A DNA stretch of 64,000 bases from an uncultured Spirochaetales bacterium (GTDB lineage: Bacteria; Spirochaetota; Spirochaetia; Sphaerochaetales; Sphaerochaetaceae): NCBI GenBank assembly GCA_949297785.1, contig CASFTW010000012.1, forward strand, positions 50 to 64,049, in the 5' to 3' direction. A program made the position numbers and the translations under genes. Shown one piece after another: positions 59,310-64,000 of the stretch. Position 1 is the first letter of the stretch. Each line of letters begins with the position of its first letter. The notes beneath the pieces were generated by a model, which was not told the origin of the DNA, made no database searches, and was given only the letters and a program-made list of their open reading frames with translations.

Positions 59310-59339
59310 TTGACCTATGATATATACTATGGTATATAT
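59310..59339 (+). promoter_or_regulatory. vapBC promoter with autoregulatory inverted repeat
   Basis: TTGACC at 59310, 17 nt, then TATATA; perfect IR ATATATAC-TATG-GTATATAT (59320-59339) overlaps it. Confidence 0.72.
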
Positions 59340-59353
59340 TTATTGAGGTGAGA

Positions 59354-59584
59354 ATGGAAACAGCAAAACTCTTTGAAAACGGAAGAAGCCAGGCGGTGCG
59401 CCTTCCTAAAAAATTCAGATTTACAGGAGAAGAAGTATTTGTCCGCAAAGTCGGGCATGTCGTGATGCTTATACCGAAAAATGCAGCATGGGAGACATTC
59501 ATGGATGGTCTTAACAGTTTTTCGGATGATGTTTTCAAGGATGGACGCAGTCCGGAAGTCCCTTCAGAAAGGGATATGCTATGA
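59354..59584 (+). CDS. vapB: Antitoxin VapB (AbrB/MazE fold)
   Basis: [23 protein letters not shown]; overlaps the vapC start. Confidence 0.93.
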   Translation: METAKLFENGRSQAVRLPKKFRFTGEEVFVRKVGHVVMLIPKNAAWETFMDGLNSFSDDVFKDGRSPEVPSERDML

Positions 59585-59985
59585 CATACATGCTTGATAC
59601 GAACATCTGTATTTATGCAATCAAGAACAAGCCTGAACATGTATTGAGGAAAATAAAGGATAATATGCATGAAGGACTCTGTATATCAGCAATTACGCTT
59701 GCAGAACTTGTGCATGGTGTTGAAAAGAGCATGTATCCGGAAAAGAACAGGGATGCGCTTGTTCAGCTTCTTGCATTATTTGATGTTCTGGCATTTGATG
59801 AGCTTGCTGCTGCAGAATATGGAAATATATGTGCATTTTTGCAGAGAAACGGTATACCTATCGGCACAATGGATACTCTGATTGCGGGCCATGCAAGGGC
59901 TGAAGACCTGATTCTTGTTACGAATAATGTCCGGGAATTTTCCCGCGTACCTGATCTGAAGATCGAAAACTGGGCCGAATCATGA
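59581..59985 (+). CDS. vapC: Toxin VapC (PIN ribonuclease)
   Basis: [40 protein letters not shown]. Confidence 0.95.
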   Translation: MTYMLDTNICIYAIKNKPEHVLRKIKDNMHEGLCISAITLAELVHGVEKSMYPEKNRDALVQLLALFDVLAFDELAAAEYGNICAFLQRNGIPIGTMDTLIAGHARAEDLILVTNNVREFSRVPDLKIENWAES

Positions 59986-60022
59986 ACTCTCCTTTTCATA
60001 CGGAAGCATCAGAGGTGAGAAA

Positions 60023-60439
60023 ATGTCTGAATATATAGAAAAAGAAGTACATCACCTGTACTACGATTATGACGAGAACTGTGCACGCACTTCTCTCAAG
60101 TGCCTTTCACATCTTTTTGCCTTTCCTGTAAGTGATGATGTCCTCTCTGCTGCAACCGGCATGCATGGTGCAGGCTATTACCGTGCCCAGTGCGGTCTGG
60201 TGGAAGGGGCTCTTATGTTCATAGGACTTTACGGAAACAGGAAGGGCCTTGACCGTGACGAAATAGTGGAGCTCTGTCATGACTTTGCTTCTGAATTTGA
60301 GAGGAATTTCTCATCATTGAGATGCAGAGAACTCCGTCCGGGAGGTTTCAATCCTGATGATCCTCCACATCTGTGTGAAGGCCTGAGTGTGAAAGCCATC
60401 CAATTCAGCTATGAATTCCTGAAAGACCGTATGGGATGA
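60023..60439 (+). CDS. C-GCAxxG-C-C family putative redox protein
   Basis: NCA, GMHGAG…CGLVEG, LRC.EL…C motif pattern. Confidence 0.82.
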   Translation: MSEYIEKEVHHLYYDYDENCARTSLKCLSHLFAFPVSDDVLSAATGMHGAGYYRAQCGLVEGALMFIGLYGNRKGLDRDEIVELCHDFASEFERNFSSLRCRELRPGGFNPDDPPHLCEGLSVKAIQFSYEFLKDRMG

Positions 60440-60571
60440 ATCCGGTAAAATGCCTTTGTGAATTTCTTCTGCCTGAATCTTTTGTCCGGCTTTCCCGTAT
60501 GTTTCGTTTTTCCTGGAAATTGTGATTCTGAAAAGGGTGTGTTCCTGCTTTCAGAATGAAGAGTTGTCATA

Positions 60572-60610
60572 TTGACTAGTTTATAACGATGTTATATAAC
60601 ATTGTTATAT
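60572..60610 (+). promoter_or_regulatory. tetR promoter with tandem palindromic operators
   Basis: TTGACT-17-TATAAC; TATAAC-GAT-GTTATA (60582-60596) and TATAAC-ATT-GTTATA (60595-60609). Confidence 0.75.
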
Positions 60611-61222
60611 ATGAGTGAAACAGAGAGAAAAATACTAGAGACTGCCAAGAAAGAATTTCTTGAAAGAGGCTTCCATGGAACATCGATGAGACGAATTGCC
60701 GCCCTTGCCGGTGTCACTACAGGTGCCCTTTATGGCTATTTCGATTCAAAGGAGAGGATTTTCGATTCACTCGTAAAGGATTCATATGATGCAGTAATGG
60801 CTGCATATAAGGGTGCTCATGAGGAATTCGCCGCACTGCCGTATGATGTTCAGGTTTCAGGGATGGGCGATATAACAGCGCGTTGCGTCGAGTGGTGTCT
60901 GGAATATATCTATGACCATCTTGACGAGTTCCGCCTGATCCTGATGTGTTCTGAAGGAACACGCTATTCGAATATGGTCGATGAGATGATGAAAACAGAA
61001 GAGGAATCCACGGAAGAATTCATCGCCCTCATGCGCAAAAACGGAATGGAGATACCGGAGATCGATCCCCTTCTTGAGCATATGGTCACATCAGGCTACT
61101 TCACATCCTTCTTCGAGGTGGTGAGGCATTCTGTACCACGGGAGGATGCCAGGATCTACATTCAGAACCTGCAGGCCTTCTACAAGGCAGGATGGGAGCG
61201 TCTTTTCGGCATGAGACTTTGA
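60611..61222 (+). CDS. TetR/AcrR-family regulator
   Basis: ILETAKKEFLERGFHGTSMRRIAALAGVTTGALYGYFDSKE HTH. Confidence 0.95.
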   Translation: MSETERKILETAKKEFLERGFHGTSMRRIAALAGVTTGALYGYFDSKERIFDSLVKDSYDAVMAAYKGAHEEFAALPYDVQVSGMGDITARCVEWCLEYIYDHLDEFRLILMCSEGTRYSNMVDEMMKTEEESTEEFIALMRKNGMEIPEIDPLLEHMVTSGYFTSFFEVVRHSVPREDARIYIQNLQAFYKAGWERLFGMRL

Positions 61223-61235
61223 TGTCTCTTTTTTT
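61213..61235 (+). terminator. Intrinsic terminator overlapping the tetR stop
   Basis: GAGAC-TTTGAT-GTCTC followed by a T run. Confidence 0.55.
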
Positions 61236-61262
61236 GACTTAATAGTTAGCAAACGCTAACTT
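61234..61262 (+). promoter_or_regulatory. ABC operon promoter with palindrome
   Basis: TTGACT (61234-61239), 17 nt, then TAACTT; IR AGTTAGC-AAAC-GCTAACT (61244-61261). Confidence 0.6.
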
Positions 61263-61273
61263 ATGGAGGTTTT

Positions 61274-63031
61274 ATGAAAAATAACAATGACCTTGAACGT
61301 CTGCTACGATATGCAGGCGGATATAAGGCACTGACGTACCTTTCGTGGGTGCTGTCAGCAATCTCGGCGATATTGGCTCTGCTTCCGTTCATCTGCATCT
61401 GGCTGATAATCAGGGATGTGCTTGCATCGGAATATGGGATGATAGCCCGCTATGGCGCTTATGCCGTGGCACTGGCGATCGTCTCGATGCTTGTCTACAT
61501 CGCAGCACTGATGTGCTCACACATTGCTGCATTCCGTGTTGCGGCGAACATGAGGAAGGAGATGCTTTCTCATGTAATCAGCCTGCCCTTAGGTGTTGAA
61601 GACCGTTTCGGGAGCGGGAAGATGAGGAAGATCATCAACGACTCAAGCGCGGCAACCGAGACATATCTTGCGCATCAGCTGCCGGACAGGGCTGCGGCTA
61701 TAGCTACTCCGATAGGACTCATCGCAATGCTTCTATGGTTTGACTGGAGACTCGGACTTCTTTCCCTTCTTCCGGTCGTGCTTGGTTTCTTGATCATGAT
61801 GCAGATGACAGGAGAGCGGATGCAGGAGAGGATGAAACAGTATCAGGATGCGCTTGCGGACATGTCGAATCAGGCTGTCGAGTATGTCAGGGGAATCCCC
61901 GTCGTGAAGACTTTCGGGCAGACAATATACTCATTCCGTCTCTTCAAGGATTCAATCGACCGCTATGAGAAGTGGGTGATTGAATACACGAAGGAGCTTA
62001 TGAGGCCGATGATAATATACACCGGAGCGATAAACAGCTCGTTCGCCTTCATAACAGCCGGAGCATTCATCCTCGCTTCCGGTGGAATCACGCCTGAGAT
62101 CATCCTGAACGTGCTTTTCTATGTGATCATAACTCCTGTAATCTCGATAACGCTTACGAAGATAATGTTCAAGAGCGAGGAGGCGATGATTGTCCATGAT
62201 GCTCTCATGAGGGTGGATACCATAATGAGCGAGAAGCCTCAAAGCAATGCTCATAACGGCCTTACCCCTTCTGACAGCTCTGTGAAGCTGAAGCATGTGA
62301 CATTCAGCTATGATGGCAAGAAGGATGCGGTTCACGATATCTCGTTTGATATCCCATCAGGTTCTCTTATTGCATTCGTCGGACCTTCTGGAGGGGGAAA
62401 GACTACGCTTGCTTCCCTCATCGCACGATTCTTTGATCCGCAGGAAGGAACAATCAGGATCGGAGGACTGGATATCAGGGATATCCCGAAGGAAAGACTA
62501 ATGCAGCATGTATCATTTGTCTTCCAGGACAGCCATCTGATAAAGGGAACGATAAAGGATAATGTGAAGCTGGCAAAACCGGATGCAGGTGATGATGAGG
62601 TGCTTGATGCCCTCAGGAAAGCAGAGTGCATGGATATCATCGAGAAGCTGCCGGACGGCATGAATACCGTACTTGGAAGCGGAGGAATATATCTGTCAGG
62701 CGGAGAGACACAGCGCATAGCGATAGCCCGCACGATCCTGAAGAATTCTCCTGTGATCATACTTGATGAGGCGACAGCATTTGCAGATCCCGATAACGAA
62801 GTGAAGGTTCAGAAGGCATTCTCCTCGATGCTTGATGGCCGTACCGTCATCATGATCGCCCATCGTCTTTCATCGATCACGGATGCCGACAGGATATATG
62901 TGCTGTCCGACGGCGAGATAAGGGAAGAGGGAACATTCGATGAGCTTCTGGCGAAGAACGGACTCTTCTGTCAGATGTGGAATGATTATCAGAGATCTGT
63001 TGAGTGGAAAGTCGGCAAGGAGGCAATGTGA
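61274..63031 (+). CDS. ABC half-transporter (TMD+NBD), YbtP/IrtA-like
   Basis: TM domain, Walker A GPSGGGKT, LSGGETQR, ILDEATAFADP, IAHRL. Confidence 0.93.
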   Translation: MKNNNDLERLLRYAGGYKALTYLSWVLSAISAILALLPFICIWLIIRDVLASEYGMIARYGAYAVALAIVSMLVYIAALMCSHIAAFRVAANMRKEMLSHVISLPLGVEDRFGSGKMRKIINDSSAATETYLAHQLPDRAAAIATPIGLIAMLLWFDWRLGLLSLLPVVLGFLIMMQMTGERMQERMKQYQDALADMSNQAVEYVRGIPVVKTFGQTIYSFRLFKDSIDRYEKWVIEYTKELMRPMIIYTGAINSSFAFITAGAFILASGGITPEIILNVLFYVIITPVISITLTKIMFKSEEAMIVHDALMRVDTIMSEKPQSNAHNGLTPSDSSVKLKHVTFSYDGKKDAVHDISFDIPSGSLIAFVGPSGGGKTTLASLIARFFDPQEGTIRIGGLDIRDIPKERLMQHVSFVFQDSHLIKGTIKDNVKLAKPDAGDDEVLDALRKAECMDIIEKLPDGMNTVLGSGGIYLSGGETQRIAIARTILKNSPVIILDEATAFADPDNEVKVQKAFSSMLDGRTVIMIAHRLSSITDADRIYVLSDGEIREEGTFDELLAKNGLFCQMWNDYQRSVEWKVGKEAM

Positions 63032-64000
63032 TGATAAGGAAACTTGAAAGGATATTTGCACTCTCCGAGAAGGGTGCAAGGGATCTGGTGAAGGGCTTCA
63101 TTGCCTGCGCTGTGCATAATCTGACACTCTTCATACCTGTCGGCATTCTCTATCTTCTTGCATCCGACATGCTGATGAATACCCTGACAGGACGTGGATT
63201 GTTCTACGTTGTGTTATGTATCATTTCCGTTGCTTTAATCATGGCATCCTACCGCCGGGTCTATAAGGCAACCTATTTCTCGACCTATGTTGAAAGCGGA
63301 GTGAGAAGAGTGAGTCTTGCCGAGAAGCTGAGGAAGATACCCCTCTCATATTTCGGAAAGAAAGATCTTGCAGATATAACGAGCACGATCATGGCTGATG
63401 CCGCAACGCTTGAGACAGGGCTTTCACACTGGGTTCCAGAGCTTATAGGGGCAGTCATCTCGACAACGATTGCAGTACTTTCGATCATGTTCTACGACTG
63501 GAGAATGGGACTTGCAGCTCTCTGGCCGATTCCTGTCGCCATCCTGATAGTCATCCTTTCCCGAAACGTGCAGTACAGCCTCTCGAAACGCTCGATGGAC
63601 GCGAAGATGGAAGTGGCCGACGGCATCCAGGAATGCATAGAGACGATGAGGGATCTCAAGAGCTGCAATGCCGAGAAGCAGTATCTCAGCGATCATCTCG
63701 GAAGTAGGTACTGCTGTATTCGTCGTCTCCGCTTCATTCATACTGAAGATAGGAATCGGAACCGTAGCATTGGCAGGTTCTATACTGCTTGTCTCCGGCG
63801 AGATCGATGTGCTCACGCTCTTCATGTATCTTCTCATTGCCTCCCGTCTTTACGATCCTCTTCAGAGTTCCCTGCAGAACCTTGCGGCAGTCATCTCCCT
63901 CAGGACGAATGTCGAAAGGATGGATGAAATTCTCTTCCATCCCCTTCAGGAAGGAAAACCTGAGCTTACGAACAGAGGCTATGATATCACCTTCAAGGAT
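63031..64000 (+). pseudogene. ABC half-transporter (YbtQ/IrtB-like), frameshifted near 63688; runs off the window
   Basis: Transporter-like sequence up to …DLKSCNAEKQYL; it resumes in the +1 frame at 63689 as AIISEVGTAVFVVSASFILKIGIGTVAL…SRLYDPLQ…RMDEIL…DITFKD. Confidence 0.8.

Noticed and set aside
60525-60557. Hairpin ATTCTGAAA…TTTCAGAAT upstream of tetR
   Set aside because: Single copy, no U-tract and no second instance noticed, so it cannot be called a terminator or repeat element.
63690-63927. C-terminal part of the 307-aa track ORF
   Set aside because: Out-of-frame read-through after the frameshift.
1-64000. CRISPR array, rRNA, prophage, intact transposase
   Set aside because: No regularly spaced repeats, rRNA-like tracts, phage structural genes or DDE/HUH/recombinase motifs were found by eye.

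Overview
A 64 kb chromosomal segment, most likely from a spirochaete, perhaps Sphaerochaetaceae-like. This is inferred from the prfA-prmC-rel synteny, archaeal-type UMP kinase, eukaryote-type hexokinase and PyrB-PyrI fusion. It opens with a visibly AT-rich block (1-3900): sugar ABC permeases (the first broken at its 5' end), a LacI regulator and a Cys-type sulfatase. A roughly 50% GC core follows: rpiB, CBS-PPase, rel/prmC/prfA, sbcB, hexokinase, phosphohexomutase, pdxK, pyrH, argH, prs, an aminotransferase, a 974-aa hyper-acidic protein, and a peptide/nickel-type ABC operon ending in two phosphoesterases. After these come tRNA-Arg(CCU), a NusG paralogue-wza-wzc trio, pyrBI-E-F-DK-C, corA and lon. 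The window ends with an accessory block: orphan crtO-like gene, vapBC, TetR and two ABC half-transporters, the second frameshifted. No CRISPR array, prophage, integrase or intact transposase was seen. The best signals lie outside the ORF track: (i) a 20-codon leader peptide plus terminator forming an E. coli pyrL-like attenuator before the pyr operon; (ii) a 27-codon leader ORF plus an RBS-occluding hairpin before corA; (iii) about nine genes that look leaderless; and (iv) a QLSLF clamp-binding-type motif inside the acidic region of the 974-aa protein. All of this was read by eye; no searches or folding calculations were run.
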